Source: an uncultured Alphaproteobacteria bacterium
GTDB taxonomy: Bacteria > Pseudomonadota > Alphaproteobacteria > Rhodobacterales > Rhodobacteraceae
Direction: 5' to 3'
DNA: 64,000 bases
Assembly: GCA_963832295.1 (NCBI GenBank)
Contig: CAWHTO010000001.1
Span: forward strand, 1,025,253-1,089,252
The notes under the pieces are model-generated. The model was given only the letters and a program-made list of their open reading frames with translations, was not told where the DNA came from and made no database searches. A program made the translations under genes and the position numbers. Positions 20,587 to 31,089 of the stretch are shown in pieces; within the stretch, counting starts at the first letter, position 1, and every line of letters starts with the position of its first letter.

Positions 20587-21252
20587 ATGATAAATGCATT
20601 GGTGATCGGAGCGTCCGGGGGGATCGGACAGGCCATGGTGGCAGAGATGCGGGCGCGCGGCGGTCACGTCACGGCCCTGTCGCGCAGTGTCGATGGCCTG
20701 GATGTGACCAACGCCGACAGTGTGGATGCAGGCCTGGGTGCGTTGACGGAACCGTTCCACACCGTCTTCATGGCCACCGGCATCCTGGCGCCTGACGGGG
20801 CCGCGCCCGAGAAACAGCTGGCGTCCATCGACGCCCACACCATGGCCCATATCTTCGCCGTCAACACCATGGGCACCGCCAATGTCCTTCGCCACCTGCC
20901 TCGGCTTCTGCCCAGACGCGGGCGTTCGGTGGCCAGTATCCTGACCGCGCGCGTCGGCTCCATCGGCGACAATCGCATCGGCGGCTGGCACAGCTACCGC
21001 GCCTCCAAGGCCGCCGCCAACATGCTGATCCGGGGTGCCGCGATTGAACTGGGACGCTCCCACAGGGACGCCATCGTGACCGCGATGCACCCCGGCACTG
21101 TCGCCACGCCGTTCACGGCAGCCTACGCCGCGACACACAAGACCGTGCCGGCGGGCGAGACGGCGAAATTGCTCTGCGATGTGATGGAGCGCCTGAGGCC
21201 GGATCAATCCGGCGGCTTTGTCGACTACTCGGGGGCGGAGATTCCCTGGTGA
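20587..21252 (+). CDS. Short-chain dehydrogenase/reductase (SDR) family oxidoreductase
   Basis: It has the VIGASGGIGQA Rossmann motif and the YRASKAA catalytic motif. A 4-bp GTGA overlap links it to the next gene. Confidence 0.88.
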   Translation: MINALVIGASGGIGQAMVAEMRARGGHVTALSRSVDGLDVTNADSVDAGLGALTEPFHTVFMATGILAPDGAAPEKQLASIDAHTMAHIFAVNTMGTANVLRHLPRLLPRRGRSVASILTARVGSIGDNRIGGWHSYRASKAAANMLIRGAAIELGRSHRDAIVTAMHPGTVATPFTAAYAATHKTVPAGETAKLLCDVMERLRPDQSGGFVDYSGAEIPW

Positions 21253-22775
21253 AACCGAGACTAATTCTGATCCTCGGCGACCAGCTCTCTGCCGACGTCG
21301 CCGCCCTGCGCGAAGCCGATAAATCCCGAGACATCATCCTGATGGCAGAAGTTGCGGCCGAGACCGACTACGTCCCCCACCACCCCAGGAAGATCGCCTT
21401 CATCCTCGCCGCCATGCGCAAGTTCGCCAATGTCTTGCGCAAAGATGGCTGGCAGGTCCGCTACACAACGCTCGATGACCCGGACAACACCCACTCCATT
21501 CCCGGTGAACTCCTGCGCGCCTGTGACGCCGCCGGCGCGCAGGAGGCGTTGGCCACCGAGCCCGGAGAATTCCGCCTGATCCGGGCGCTCGAAGACGGCC
21601 CGGTTCCGGTCACGCAGTTCCCCGATGACCGCTTCCTCTGCTCGCACGCCGAGTTCGCCGATTGGGCCGGGAGCCGCAAAGAGCTGCGGATGGAGTGGTT
21701 CTACCGGGAGATGCGTCGCAAGACCGGCCTGTTGATGACCGGTGACAAACCAGAAGGCGGCAAATGGAACTTCGACCATGACAACCGCAAACCGCCCCCC
21801 GGCGCCATCGACGCGGGCCCGATGCGCTTCACGCCGGATGAAACGGTAGAGGCGGTCCTCACCCTCGTGGCAGACCGCTTCCCCGACAATTTCGGCACAG
21901 TGGACGGGTTCTGGTTCGCCACCGATACATCCCAGGCCCGCCGCGCCCTGACACACTTCGTCACCACATCCCTGCCGCGCTTTGGCGATTTTCAGGACGC
22001 CATGATGAAAGATGAACGGTTCCTCTACCATTCCGTCATCTCCATGTACCTTAATGCGGGCCTTCTGGGCTGGCGCGAGGTCTGCGACGCCGCAGAACAG
22101 GCCTATCAGGACGGCGTCGCACCGCTCAATTCCGTCGAAGGATTTATCCGACAGATCATCGGCTGGCGCGAATACATGCGCGGGATCTACTTCCTCGAAG
22201 GCCCCGATTACACGGCGCACAACACGCTGGGCCATAACCGCGCCCTGCCAAAGTTCTACTGGTCCGGCGAAACCGACATGCTTTGCCTGTCGGAGGCGAT
22301 TACCCAAACCCGCGACGAGGCCTACGCGCACCATATCCAACGCCTGATGATCACCGGAAACTTCGCACTTCTCGCCGGTATTGACCCGCACGACGTCCAC
22401 GAATGGTACCTCGCGGTCTACGCCGACGCCTTTGAATGGGTCGAAGCGCCAAATGTCATCGGGATGAGCCAGTTTGCAGACGGCGGCATCGTTGGCTCCA
22501 AACCTTACGTGTCGGGCGGAAACTACATCAATAAAATGTCTGATTACTGCAAATCCTGCGCCTACGATGTGAAACTCAAGACCGGCGCCGGAGCCTGCCC
22601 CTTCAATGCGCTGTACTGGAATTTTCTGATCCGTCACAAAGACCGCTTTTCGAGCAATCCCCGCATGGCGCAGATGTATCGCACCTGGGCGCGGATGGGC
22701 GACGCAAAGCAATCCGAGACGCTTGAAAGTGCTCAGGCCTTCCTTGCACGCATTGACCAGGGCGACCGCGTCTGA
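21249..22775 (+). CDS. Cryptochrome/photolyase-family protein of the FeS-BCP (CryB/PhrB, COG3046) type
   Basis: The 508-aa ORF has the family-typical C-terminal Cys-rich segment (CKSCAYDV...GAGACPFNALYWNFL) and WREYMRGIY. Confidence 0.85.
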   Translation: MKPRLILILGDQLSADVAALREADKSRDIILMAEVAAETDYVPHHPRKIAFILAAMRKFANVLRKDGWQVRYTTLDDPDNTHSIPGELLRACDAAGAQEALATEPGEFRLIRALEDGPVPVTQFPDDRFLCSHAEFADWAGSRKELRMEWFYREMRRKTGLLMTGDKPEGGKWNFDHDNRKPPPGAIDAGPMRFTPDETVEAVLTLVADRFPDNFGTVDGFWFATDTSQARRALTHFVTTSLPRFGDFQDAMMKDERFLYHSVISMYLNAGLLGWREVCDAAEQAYQDGVAPLNSVEGFIRQIIGWREYMRGIYFLEGPDYTAHNTLGHNRALPKFYWSGETDMLCLSEAITQTRDEAYAHHIQRLMITGNFALLAGIDPHDVHEWYLAVYADAFEWVEAPNVIGMSQFADGGIVGSKPYVSGGNYINKMSDYCKSCAYDVKLKTGAGACPFNALYWNFLIRHKDRFSSNPRMAQMYRTWARMGDAKQSETLESAQAFLARIDQGDRV

Positions 22776-22841
22776 CTGTCCGTTTTACGTCTTCGGCCGC
22801 TATGGTAGGATGGCTCGGACTGCTCCTCAGAAGGACGCCCC

Positions 22842-23267
22842 ATGGCCAATGACCTGCCGGAATACCCCGCCGATGTCGCGGCGTTTCTTGACCGGGTCGG
22901 GCACCCAACCCGCCGCGCCGACGCCATCGCGCTCGACACGTTGTTTCGCAGTATCACCGGCTTCACTCCCTATATGGCGGGCACAACGATCGTCGGATAC
23001 GGGCGCTACCACTACATCTACGAAAGCGGGCGCGAGGGCGATTGCCTGGCCACCGGCTTCAGCCCGCGCAAGGCGGCGTTGTCGATCTACATCATGCCCG
23101 GCTATCAGGATTTCGCCGAAATGCTCGGTCGCCTTGGCAAACACAAAAAGGGCAAGGCTTGCCTTTACATCAACAAGCTTGCTGACGTGGACATCATGGT
23201 TCTGGAAGAGATCATCCGCGCCGGCCTTCGCGATCTGGACAGGATCTGGCCGGTTGCGGCGACGTGA
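22842..23267 (+). CDS. DUF1801 (YdhG-like) domain protein
   Basis: This is a 141-aa ORF. The pattern ...IVGYGRYHYIYESGREGDCLATGFSPRKAALSIYI... is typical of DUF1801. Confidence 0.75.
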   Translation: MANDLPEYPADVAAFLDRVGHPTRRADAIALDTLFRSITGFTPYMAGTTIVGYGRYHYIYESGREGDCLATGFSPRKAALSIYIMPGYQDFAEMLGRLGKHKKGKACLYINKLADVDIMVLEEIIRAGLRDLDRIWPVAAT

Positions 23268-23418
23268 GCGTGCCGCAGTCGTTATCCGCTCCTTCAAAGA
23301 AATGCCAAAGCTGACATACGATCCTTGCATCATGGGCATGGCGCGCAGTCCTTTGGCGGTGTTCAGGTCTTCAATGATCCTCGTCACCGCGGCAACGGCG
23401 GTCCCTGTGCCTCCGGTT

Positions 23419-24600
23419 TCAGCCCTTCGCCGCTCTTGCCAATTGTCCGTATCCGGGTTCAGTCACATCGCTCAGAGGCGGCGCTGCGCTGGACCCGGCG
23501 CCTGTCGCCTGGATCTTGCCTGGAAGTGACATGCGGAAGCACGCGCCGCCCAACCGGCTTGCCGCTTTGCCCTCAATTATCTCAAACGTGCCGCCTCGGC
23601 TCTGAATGAGCTTGGCAATCGCGCTCAGCCCGAATCCGTGTGCGCCGTCCCGTGCCTCTCCGCGATGGGTCAGATCCCGGATGCTCACCTTCGATGGCAG
23701 GCCAGGGCCATCGTCGGCCACATCAATCCACACCATGCCACGCGGGACATCTTCGCCCAACGTCACTTCGATCCGATCCCTGCAATAGCGCGCGGCGTTC
23801 GACATCAGGTTGCGCACACCCATCTGCACAATCACATCGTCACAGTCCACGATTGCCTGTGGCACCCCAATGTCCAAGACCATTTCAGGATCCACCATCG
23901 CGGCAATATCGGCGCAGACCCGACCCAGATCGAATTGCTGTGCAGTGTCATCCTCGGTCCGCAGCGACCTGGCCCGCTCCAGAGTAGAGGAGATCTGTTC
24001 CAAAGCCTGCTCAACGGTGTTGGACACCAGATTCAGCAGCTCCAACTTGCCATCACCCATGTCTTCAAAGTCGCTGCGCACAAGCTCGATCAGACTCGAT
24101 ACAGTGGCCAGAGGGCTGCGTGCATCATGCGCGGCCATGGTCGTGAACAGGCGCAGTTCCTCGAACCGGTCCGCCATGTTGGAGATCATGTCGGCGCTCG
24201 CGAACTCACGCTCCTTGTGCTCCGTGACCGGGATCGCGATACCAAGAATGACCTTTTCATCGAACCCTGCCGCTTTCGACAGCGTGGTTTGCCACCACGT
24301 TTCTCGACCCTCGATCAGCAGGCATTCCTCGTAGGTCACAGGCTCCGCCGCGCGCAGGCAGGACCGATAGTTTGCCTCAAGCCGCGCCGCCACACGGGCG
24401 GGAAATATCTCAGTCGCAGCATGGCCCGGAAACACATCTCTCGGCAGGGTGGTCACGCGGCTCAACGCTGCGTTGGCATGGATGTATTCCAACCGGTTGC
24501 CCGGCAAGAGGGCTACGACGAAAATTGGCAGGTCAATGCCGTCGATCCACGCCAGAAGCTGCGACATCGAAGTTTCATTCGCGTGGTGTGGTGCGATCAT
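23419..24600 (-). CDS. Sensor histidine kinase (PAS-like, HisKA, HATPase_c); no adjacent response regulator
   Basis: It has the H-box MAAHDARSPLATV, the N-box NLMSNAARY, and G-boxes DDGPGLP and GFGLS. Confidence 0.88.
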   Translation of the reverse strand: MIAPHHANETSMSQLLAWIDGIDLPIFVVALLPGNRLEYIHANAALSRVTTLPRDVFPGHAATEIFPARVAARLEANYRSCLRAAEPVTYEECLLIEGRETWWQTTLSKAAGFDEKVILGIAIPVTEHKEREFASADMISNMADRFEELRLFTTMAAHDARSPLATVSSLIELVRSDFEDMGDGKLELLNLVSNTVEQALEQISSTLERARSLRTEDDTAQQFDLGRVCADIAAMVDPEMVLDIGVPQAIVDCDDVIVQMGVRNLMSNAARYCRDRIEVTLGEDVPRGMVWIDVADDGPGLPSKVSIRDLTHRGEARDGAHGFGLSAIAKLIQSRGGTFEIIEGKAASRLGGACFRMSLPGKIQATGAGSSAAPPLSDVTEPGYGQLARAAKG

Positions 24601-24702
24601 GGTTTGTCCTGCGTCTTGCTGCCCGTACTTATTTTAACGGGTAAGGGCACAACCTTAACAGACCCTTTCCGGGCGCTGGTTTTTGCGGAGAAAACGTCGG
24701 GT

Positions 24703-25104
24703 TTAGTCCCACCAGCGATCGACGCGCGCGATATCCGCGTCGGACCAGCCGAAATGGTGCGCGAACTCGTGGACAACAACGTGGCCCACCAACTCCGCCA
24801 GGGTGACATTGCCGCGATCCACCCATTCGTTCAAAATTGCCCGCCGGAACAACCAGATAGTGTCAGGCTGCCCGGGCATGTCCAGCACCGATTTCCGGGT
24901 CATCGGAATGCCTTCGTAAAGCCCGGTCAACTCGAACGGATCATGCATCTCAAGCTCCGCCAGCATGGCCTCATCGGCTGCATCCTCGACCCGGATCAGG
25001 ACGTCGCGCGCAGGCCCGGCCCAGGGCTCCGGCAGCGCGGCGCGCGCGGCATAGGCCAGGGCTTCGAGGGTCGCAAGATCAGGGGCTGTACGGTCGTCGT
25101 CCAT
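24703..25104 (-). CDS. Zincin-like metallopeptidase-family protein (DUF1025-like)
   Basis: The start is at ATG 25104 (MDDDRTAPDL). The C-terminal motif is HVVVHEFAHHFGWSDADI. The longer tracked ORF has no support upstream of this ATG. Confidence 0.75.
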   Translation of the reverse strand: MDDDRTAPDLATLEALAYAARAALPEPWAGPARDVLIRVEDAADEAMLAELEMHDPFELTGLYEGIPMTRKSVLDMPGQPDTIWLFRRAILNEWVDRGNVTLAELVGHVVVHEFAHHFGWSDADIARVDRWWD

Positions 25105-25174
25105 GGCCTTGATATGGACAAAACCGAGACGCCATGAAAGAGGAGAGGCCGCATTCTCTCGAAAGGCTGCCAAA

Positions 25175-26500
25175 ATGTCCGTCATCACCCGCTTCGCTCC
25201 GTCCCCGACCGGTTTTCTGCACGTTGGCAACCTGCGCACGGCGCTGTTCAATTTCCTGATCGCCCGCAAGTCAGGTGGCGCGTTCATTTTGCGGCTTGAT
25301 GACACGGATCTTGGAAGATCAACGCAGGAGTTTGCCGACGGTATTCAAGAGGATCTGGAGTGGCTTGGCCTGACCTGGGATCGGCTGGAGAAACAATCGG
25401 ACCGCTTCGATCGCTACGCCGCTGCTGCCGATGAATTGCGCGAAAAGGGCCGGTTCTATGAGGCCTGGGAGACGCCGACAGAGTTGGATCTGAAGCGCAA
25501 GAAGCAGCTGAACATGCACCAACCCCCGGTTTACGACCGGGCAGCCCTGGCCCTGTCGGAAGAGGCGAAAGCAGCCCTGAAAGCCGAACGCGGCGACGGT
25601 GTCTGGCGCTTCAGGCTGAACCACCAGCGGATCGAATGGACCGACGGTATTCTCGGCGATCTGTCGCTGGATGCGGCGTCCGTATCGGACCCGGTTCTGA
25701 TCCGCGCCGATGGGCAGGTGCTCTATACGATTGCCTCGGTTGTGGACGACACCGACATGGGCGTGACCCATGTTGTGCGCGGCTCGGACCATGTGACCAA
25801 CACAGCGGCGCAGATCCAGATCATGGAGGCGCTGGGCCATAGCGCACCGGCCTTCGCGCACCACTCGCTGTTGACGGGCCCGCAGGGCGAAGCGCTGTCC
25901 AAACGCCTTGGCACACTGGCGCTGCGCGACCTGCGCGCCGCAGGGATGGAGCCGATGGCGCTGCTGTCGCATATGGCGCGGATCGGCTCGTCCCAGCCGG
26001 TGGACATCGCCGGATCCATTGATGAACTGGCCGACGGGTTCGACCTCAGCCACTTCGGCTCCGCGCCCACCAAGTTCGACGTCGACGATCTCTGGCCCCT
26101 GACGGCCAGCGTGTTGCATGAAACACCTTTCGCGGAGGTCGAGGACGAGATCGCAGCCCTCGGCGTGCCCGCCGACATCGCGCCCGCGTTCTGGAACGTG
26201 GCCCGTGCCAATATCGGCAAACGGTCCGAGATCGCGGACTGGTGGGCGCTGTTCCGCGACGGGGCAACGCCGCTGGTGGCGGACGAGGACCGGGAATTTG
26301 TGGCCCAGGCCTTCGCGATGCTGCCCGATCTGCCCTACGACGGTGACACATGGGGCACCTGGACCGCTGCCGTGAAAGAGGCCACGGGACGCAAGGGACG
26401 CGCGCTGTTCATGCCGCTCCGCCGCGCGGTGACGGGGCTGGAGAAAGGCCCGGAGATGGGCGATGTGATGCGTCTGTTGCAGGTCAAGCCTTCGCTGTAG
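25175..26500 (+). CDS. gltX: Glutamate--tRNA ligase
   Basis: The start is at ATG 25175 (MSVITRFAPSPTGFLHVGNLRTAL, HIGH region). A KMSKS-like ALSKRLG is present. Confidence 0.95.
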   Translation: MSVITRFAPSPTGFLHVGNLRTALFNFLIARKSGGAFILRLDDTDLGRSTQEFADGIQEDLEWLGLTWDRLEKQSDRFDRYAAAADELREKGRFYEAWETPTELDLKRKKQLNMHQPPVYDRAALALSEEAKAALKAERGDGVWRFRLNHQRIEWTDGILGDLSLDAASVSDPVLIRADGQVLYTIASVVDDTDMGVTHVVRGSDHVTNTAAQIQIMEALGHSAPAFAHHSLLTGPQGEALSKRLGTLALRDLRAAGMEPMALLSHMARIGSSQPVDIAGSIDELADGFDLSHFGSAPTKFDVDDLWPLTASVLHETPFAEVEDEIAALGVPADIAPAFWNVARANIGKRSEIADWWALFRDGATPLVADEDREFVAQAFAMLPDLPYDGDTWGTWTAAVKEATGRKGRALFMPLRRAVTGLEKGPEMGDVMRLLQVKPSL

Positions 26501-26542
26501 CGACGGCTCCCGCCCTTGCCGCTCCGGCCTTTCGCCGCAGCC

Positions 26543-26675
26543 TCGCCCTTCGGGCTGCGGTGCGAACGATCTGGCCCTTCGGGCAGCGCTACGAGCAATC
26601 TGGCCCTTCGGGCAGCGCTACGAGCAATCTGGCCATTCGGGCAGTGCTACGAGCAATCTGACCCTTCGGGCACAA
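26543..26675. repeat. 29-bp tandem repeat, about 4.5 units, each containing a GCCC-TTC-GGGC hairpin
   Basis: Units start at 26543, 26572, 26601, 26630 and 26659 (TGGCCCTTCGGGCAGCGCTACGAGCAATC). Units 2 and 3 are identical. The array is intergenic between gltX and the MATE gene. Confidence 0.9.
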
Positions 26676-26755
26676 GGCTTCGCCCCATGGCACGCTGCGC
26701 ATGGAAAGCCTGTTTTGGCCCTTCCGAACCGCCACACCGCGTGTCAGGCTGAGGG

Positions 26756-28147
26756 ATGCCAAAGCAACAAGCGGTCTTTCTCGAAGGCTCTCTCTTCAAG
26801 CATATCTCGGTGATGTCTTTAACGGCGTCGATCGGTCTGATGGCGGTGTTCCTTGTCGATTTCGTCGACATGATCTTCATCTCGATGCTCGGGAAGGAGG
26901 AGCTTGCCGCGGCCATCGGTTACGCAGGCGCGGTCCTGTTTTTCACCTCGTCCTTCGGTATCGGCATGGCCATCGCAGGCGGTGCCCTTGTGGCGCGCGC
27001 GCTGGGGCAGAGGGATGAGGCGCTGGCCCGCCAGCGTGCCGGCACCGCGCTGACCTTCGGGGTGATCTTCGGCGGCATCTTCGCGGCGGCGGTCTGGCTC
27101 AACCTCGCCACACTCGTGCGCCTCCTGGGGGCTACGGATCAGACGCTGGACCTTGCCGTGGGGTATCTGCAGATCATCATCCCCTCCATGCCATTGCTGA
27201 TCATCGGCATGATCGGCGGCGCGATCCTGCGCGCGCATGGCGATGCGCGGCGCGCCATGACGGCGACCATCATGGGCGGGGTAATCAACGCGATCCTCGA
27301 CCCGATCCTGATCTTCGGCCTCGATCTGGAGCTGACGGGAGCCGCGATTGCCTCGGTGTTCGCGCGGATCACCATCGGCGTGGTCGCCCTGATCCCGATC
27401 TATCGCCACCACGGCGGGCTGGCACCGCCGTCATTCACGGCCCTTCGCATCGACATATCCCCGATCCTGGCCCTTGCAGCGCCCGCAATCCTGACGCAAC
27501 TGGCGACGCCCATCGGCCAGGCGTTCGTGACCCGGTCCATGGCGGCATATGGGGAAGACGCCGTGGCCGGCATGGCGATCATCGGCCGCCTGACGCCGGT
27601 GGCTTTCGGCATTCTCTTTGCGCTGTCCGGCGCGGTCGGCCCCATCGTGGGGCAAAATTTCGGAGCCGGACGACAAGACCGGGTCAAACGCACGTACTTT
27701 GAGGCGCTTTTGTTCACCGCCCTCGTCGTGGTGATCGTCAGCGCGGCCCTTTTTGCCCTGCGCGGCCCCATCGCGGCGCTGTTTGACGCCACCGGAGAAG
27801 CGCGCGACCTGCTGTTCCTGTTCTGCGGCCCGCTGGCCCTCATGTTCTTCTTCAACGGAATGATTTTCGTCTCCAACGCCAGCTTCAACAACATAGGCCA
27901 CCCCTATACGTCGACCTGGGTGAACTGGGGCCGGCACACATTGGGGACGATCCTTCCGGTGATCGTGTTTTCGGCATGGCTCGGTGCCGAAGGCGTGCTG
28001 ATCGGACAGGCTGTCGGCGGTGTGGCTTTCGGACTGCTGTCCTACGTTCTCATTCGCCGGGTGATGGACGTGGCGAAGACTGTCGCACCGGACGAGCCGT
28101 TCGCCAGCCAAACCCGGCTGTTCACGCTCTTTCACCATCGCAGGTAA
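26756..28147 (+). CDS. MATE-family efflux transporter
   Basis: The 463-aa, roughly 12-TM ORF has a MATE-like repeat architecture. Confidence 0.85.
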   Translation: MPKQQAVFLEGSLFKHISVMSLTASIGLMAVFLVDFVDMIFISMLGKEELAAAIGYAGAVLFFTSSFGIGMAIAGGALVARALGQRDEALARQRAGTALTFGVIFGGIFAAAVWLNLATLVRLLGATDQTLDLAVGYLQIIIPSMPLLIIGMIGGAILRAHGDARRAMTATIMGGVINAILDPILIFGLDLELTGAAIASVFARITIGVVALIPIYRHHGGLAPPSFTALRIDISPILALAAPAILTQLATPIGQAFVTRSMAAYGEDAVAGMAIIGRLTPVAFGILFALSGAVGPIVGQNFGAGRQDRVKRTYFEALLFTALVVVIVSAALFALRGPIAALFDATGEARDLLFLFCGPLALMFFFNGMIFVSNASFNNIGHPYTSTWVNWGRHTLGTILPVIVFSAWLGAEGVLIGQAVGGVAFGLLSYVLIRRVMDVAKTVAPDEPFASQTRLFTLFHHRR

Positions 28148-28215
28148 CATATTCGGGAACCAAATCGCCCCTGCTCCGTTGATCAGCCAGATATTCATAA
28201 ACTCGGAGCTGACCA

Positions 28216-28401
28216 ATGGAATATGGCATTCTCGGCCTTATCGTACTGATCGCGAACATCTACGCGCTGTTTCAAACCTGGACATCCGGCGTCTCGGTGG
28301 GCGCAAAGCTGCTCTGGACCCTGCTGATCCTCGTGCTGCCCGTTCTGGGCTTCATCATCTGGCTCTTCGCAGGCCCCAAAGGTGGCTCCGTCAGCGTTTA
28401 A
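28216..28401 (+). CDS. Small membrane protein with PLD-nuclease N-terminal (PLDc_N) domain
   Basis: The 61-aa ORF has two TM helices and LLWTLLILVLPVLGFIIWLFAGPKG. Confidence 0.75.
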   Translation: MEYGILGLIVLIANIYALFQTWTSGVSVGAKLLWTLLILVLPVLGFIIWLFAGPKGGSVSV

Positions 28402-28423
28402 CCGGGTACACCTGTCTCAATGG

Positions 28424-28447
28424 CCACCCGTCAGCGGGTGGTCTTTT
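28424..28447 (+). terminator. Rho-independent terminator
   Basis: CCACCCG-tcag-CGGGTGG is followed by TCTTTTG, 22 nt after the PLDc_N stop. Confidence 0.8.
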
Positions 28448-28635
28448 GCCGTCATGACGGGCGATGTCTTGCTTGCCAAATCACATTGGTTGCACAAGCG
28501 CGGCGTCACTCGCTCCGCGCTGCGGGGCCGGGATGCAGACTCTCAATGGCAAAGGCCCACAGCCCCGACACTCAGATGCTGAATGGGTCGGACCGCGTAC
28601 CGCTCTGCCATGTCCACATAACGGAGCTCGGCGCT

Positions 28636-30099
28636 TCAGCCGTATATGGCGCCCCAGCGCTCTATCAACGCCTGCTGCATCCGCTTGGCGGACCTGTTGT
28701 AGGTGCTGGTGCCCGCAGGCCGCTCGCGCTGACCCTCGGGAATGGCGTCCCGGCGCTCCAGATCGGCGCTGAAGATGGTGAACGCCAGATCGCGGCCAGT
28801 GGCTGTGCGTGCATACCCCGAGAGGGCCGAGACGAAGTCCAGCGTACCGGTTTTGGCCACCACTGTGATCGGGTGGTTGGCGATCTCGTTTCCGTCGCCG
28901 TCGCGCATGGCGATGTCTTTCATCAGATCGCGCAGCAACCCGTTCGGACCGGAGGCCACCAGCGCATGGGTCATGTCCTGCGGCCGGATCCGGCTGCCGA
29001 CGCCGAGGCCGGAGTGATCGACGAAGGTTGCGTTGCGAGCCCCCAATGTCTCGGTCATCCACGCCGTCATCGCGTCGCCTGATTCGGGTAGGCTTGTGGG
29101 CCGGACACCGCCTTCCTGCGTCGCCATCAGACCCACAATTTCCGCCGTCAGATTGGTTGACCAGCGCATCATTCCGCGCAGGATGTCTTCCAGCGTATCG
29201 CTTGAGTGCTCCACCAGAACCAACGCCGTCTGGGGCGCTGCGTCGTCATAAACGGGCTCCGGCAGATCCACACCAAGACCGTCCATCAATGTGGCGAATA
29301 CTTCGGCCATGTAGGCCGCAGGTCGGCGCACCGGAAGCCACCGTGATCCGGCGTTGCCAAGCGCGCTGCGCGCGACGGTCCAGGCGTCGTGACCTCCGGC
29401 GTCGTCGTAGGTGTAAACCGGCGCGGACCGCTCCGCGATCATCATGCGTGCCACGCGGACGGCCGGGCGCAGCGACTCGGACCGTGCGTCCATCGAAATC
29501 GTGTAGGTTTCGCCCACCCGTTCCCATTCGAAATAGACCCGGTTGAAGTTCAGGTTCAACGCCGACACCGACGGGTTGTACCCCACATGCGGTAGTTGGC
29601 CGGGGTCGATCTGCCAGATCTCGGGCAACGCTCCCGTAGCGACACGGAAGGCACCTGTGACGTCGCGCACGCCCATGCCAACCAGATCCTCGGCCATCCG
29701 GGCCAGCGCATCGGTGTCAAACAGCGGATCGCCGGAGCCGACAAGCCACAAATCGCCGTCCAGCCGACCGTCAGCCATTACTCCGTCGGAGACAAGCCGC
29801 GTCCGGAAGCGGTAGGCCGGCCCCAGACGATCCAGCGCATAGGCGCAGCTGACGGCCTTGGCGACCGAAGCGGGTGGAAGCGGGTAAAGGGGGTTCACGA
29901 CCTCCAAGACCTCTCCGGTCGCCGCGTCGGCCACAGAGAACCCGACGCGACCACCAAGCTCCGCCGCGCGGATAATCTCGGCGGCGTCAGGGATCGTGCC
30001 ACCAGGAAGACCTTGCGGCCGCACCACGGGGCGCAGCGACCGTTGCGGCGGCGCGGCCCACGCGGCAGTGGCAGTGCTTGCAGAGAAGCCCGCCGGCAA
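28636..30099 (-). CDS. dacB: D-alanyl-D-alanine carboxypeptidase/endopeptidase (PBP4, peptidase S13)
   Basis: The 487-aa ORF carries PASVAKAV (SxxK) and VVAKTGTLDFVSALSGY (KTG). Confidence 0.88.
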   Translation of the reverse strand: MPAGFSASTATAAWAAPPQRSLRPVVRPQGLPGGTIPDAAEIIRAAELGGRVGFSVADAATGEVLEVVNPLYPLPPASVAKAVSCAYALDRLGPAYRFRTRLVSDGVMADGRLDGDLWLVGSGDPLFDTDALARMAEDLVGMGVRDVTGAFRVATGALPEIWQIDPGQLPHVGYNPSVSALNLNFNRVYFEWERVGETYTISMDARSESLRPAVRVARMMIAERSAPVYTYDDAGGHDAWTVARSALGNAGSRWLPVRRPAAYMAEVFATLMDGLGVDLPEPVYDDAAPQTALVLVEHSSDTLEDILRGMMRWSTNLTAEIVGLMATQEGGVRPTSLPESGDAMTAWMTETLGARNATFVDHSGLGVGSRIRPQDMTHALVASGPNGLLRDLMKDIAMRDGDGNEIANHPITVVAKTGTLDFVSALSGYARTATGRDLAFTIFSADLERRDAIPEGQRERPAGTSTYNRSAKRMQQALIERWGAIYG

Positions 30100-30273
30100 A
30101 AAGGCGTCTGGTAATCATGGTGTCAAATCTGTTGGCAACTGCGATCAGATTACAGCGTCGCGGGGCGCGCGCTCAACCCCTCGTTTCGACACGTTACTGT
30201 GCAAGCCGGTGCAGGGTGTCCGGATCTGAAGTTGCCCTTCGGCGGACATGCCCAAGGGGGGGCAGGCCACAGC

Positions 30274-30972
30274 CTAGGTCCACTCACCCCGCGCCCGGAT
30301 CTGGGAACTGGACACATCCACCATCGGCACATTCAGGAAACACCAGGCAGGCGGGTCCGCCCGGCCCAACAACCTGGCCTGCGATGCGGGCATCCTTGCG
30401 CCCCGGAACCTTTGCGCCGCCACCGATGTGCGGGCCGAGATCCTCTGACCGGGCCGCGCCAGCACACCCACCGGGACGTGCTCCATGATCCACTCCCACC
30501 TTTGCCAGCGGTGAAACTGTGCCAGATTGTCAGCCCCCATCAGCCACACGAACCGCACTCCGGGGTACAGGCCGATCAACCGCTCCACCGTTTGCGCTGT
30601 GTTTCTTGTGCCCAGTTTGGCCTCGATATCTGTCACCACGACACGCGGGTGGCGCACCAGCGCGCGCGCCGCATCCATGCGCTTTTCCATCGCCGCAGGC
30701 CCGCGCGCCTTCAACGGATTTCCCGGTGACACCAGCCACCAGACGCGATCCAGCCCGAACCGCTTCAGCGCTTCGCGGCTGACATGCACATGCCCTTCGT
30801 GGGGTGGGTCGAACGAGCCTCCGAACAGCCCGATCACTTGGCCCGGTCGGGCATATGGCACGGTGTGGCGCACAGGCAAAGAATCCTCGGTCGGCAAGCA
30901 AGAAGGCTTGATGGGCGGGGGCAGGGGACTTGTCAACAATGCGCCCGGACCGGCGGGCGCGATAGCGATCAT
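30274..30972 (-). CDS. nadD: Nicotinate-nucleotide adenylyltransferase
   Basis: It carries [14 protein letters not shown] and [10 protein letters not shown]. The true start may lie downstream of 30972, because about 45 aa precede the conserved core. Confidence 0.85.
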   Translation of the reverse strand: MIAIAPAGPGALLTSPLPPPIKPSCLPTEDSLPVRHTVPYARPGQVIGLFGGSFDPPHEGHVHVSREALKRFGLDRVWWLVSPGNPLKARGPAAMEKRMDAARALVRHPRVVVTDIEAKLGTRNTAQTVERLIGLYPGVRFVWLMGADNLAQFHRWQRWEWIMEHVPVGVLARPGQRISARTSVAAQRFRGARMPASQARLLGRADPPAWCFLNVPMVDVSSSQIRARGEWT

Positions 30973-31089
30973 TCTAACTAAAAGCGGCTCATGTTTTCCG
31001 GGTCAGGCCGGCGCGCGTTAACCCGGAGTTCTCAGTCGCGCCTGTATCTCAGGGCAGCGGCAAGTGCGGAAAGGCGGCAGGTCTGTTTG

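Noticed and set aside
20425-21207. 260-aa minus-strand ORF opposite the SDR gene
   Set aside because: The plus-strand ORF has clear SDR motifs (GASGGIG, YRASK). The minus-strand ORF is a shadow.
26543-26675. Possible CRISPR array
   Set aside because: The repeats are directly adjacent with no spacers, and no cas genes are present in the window.
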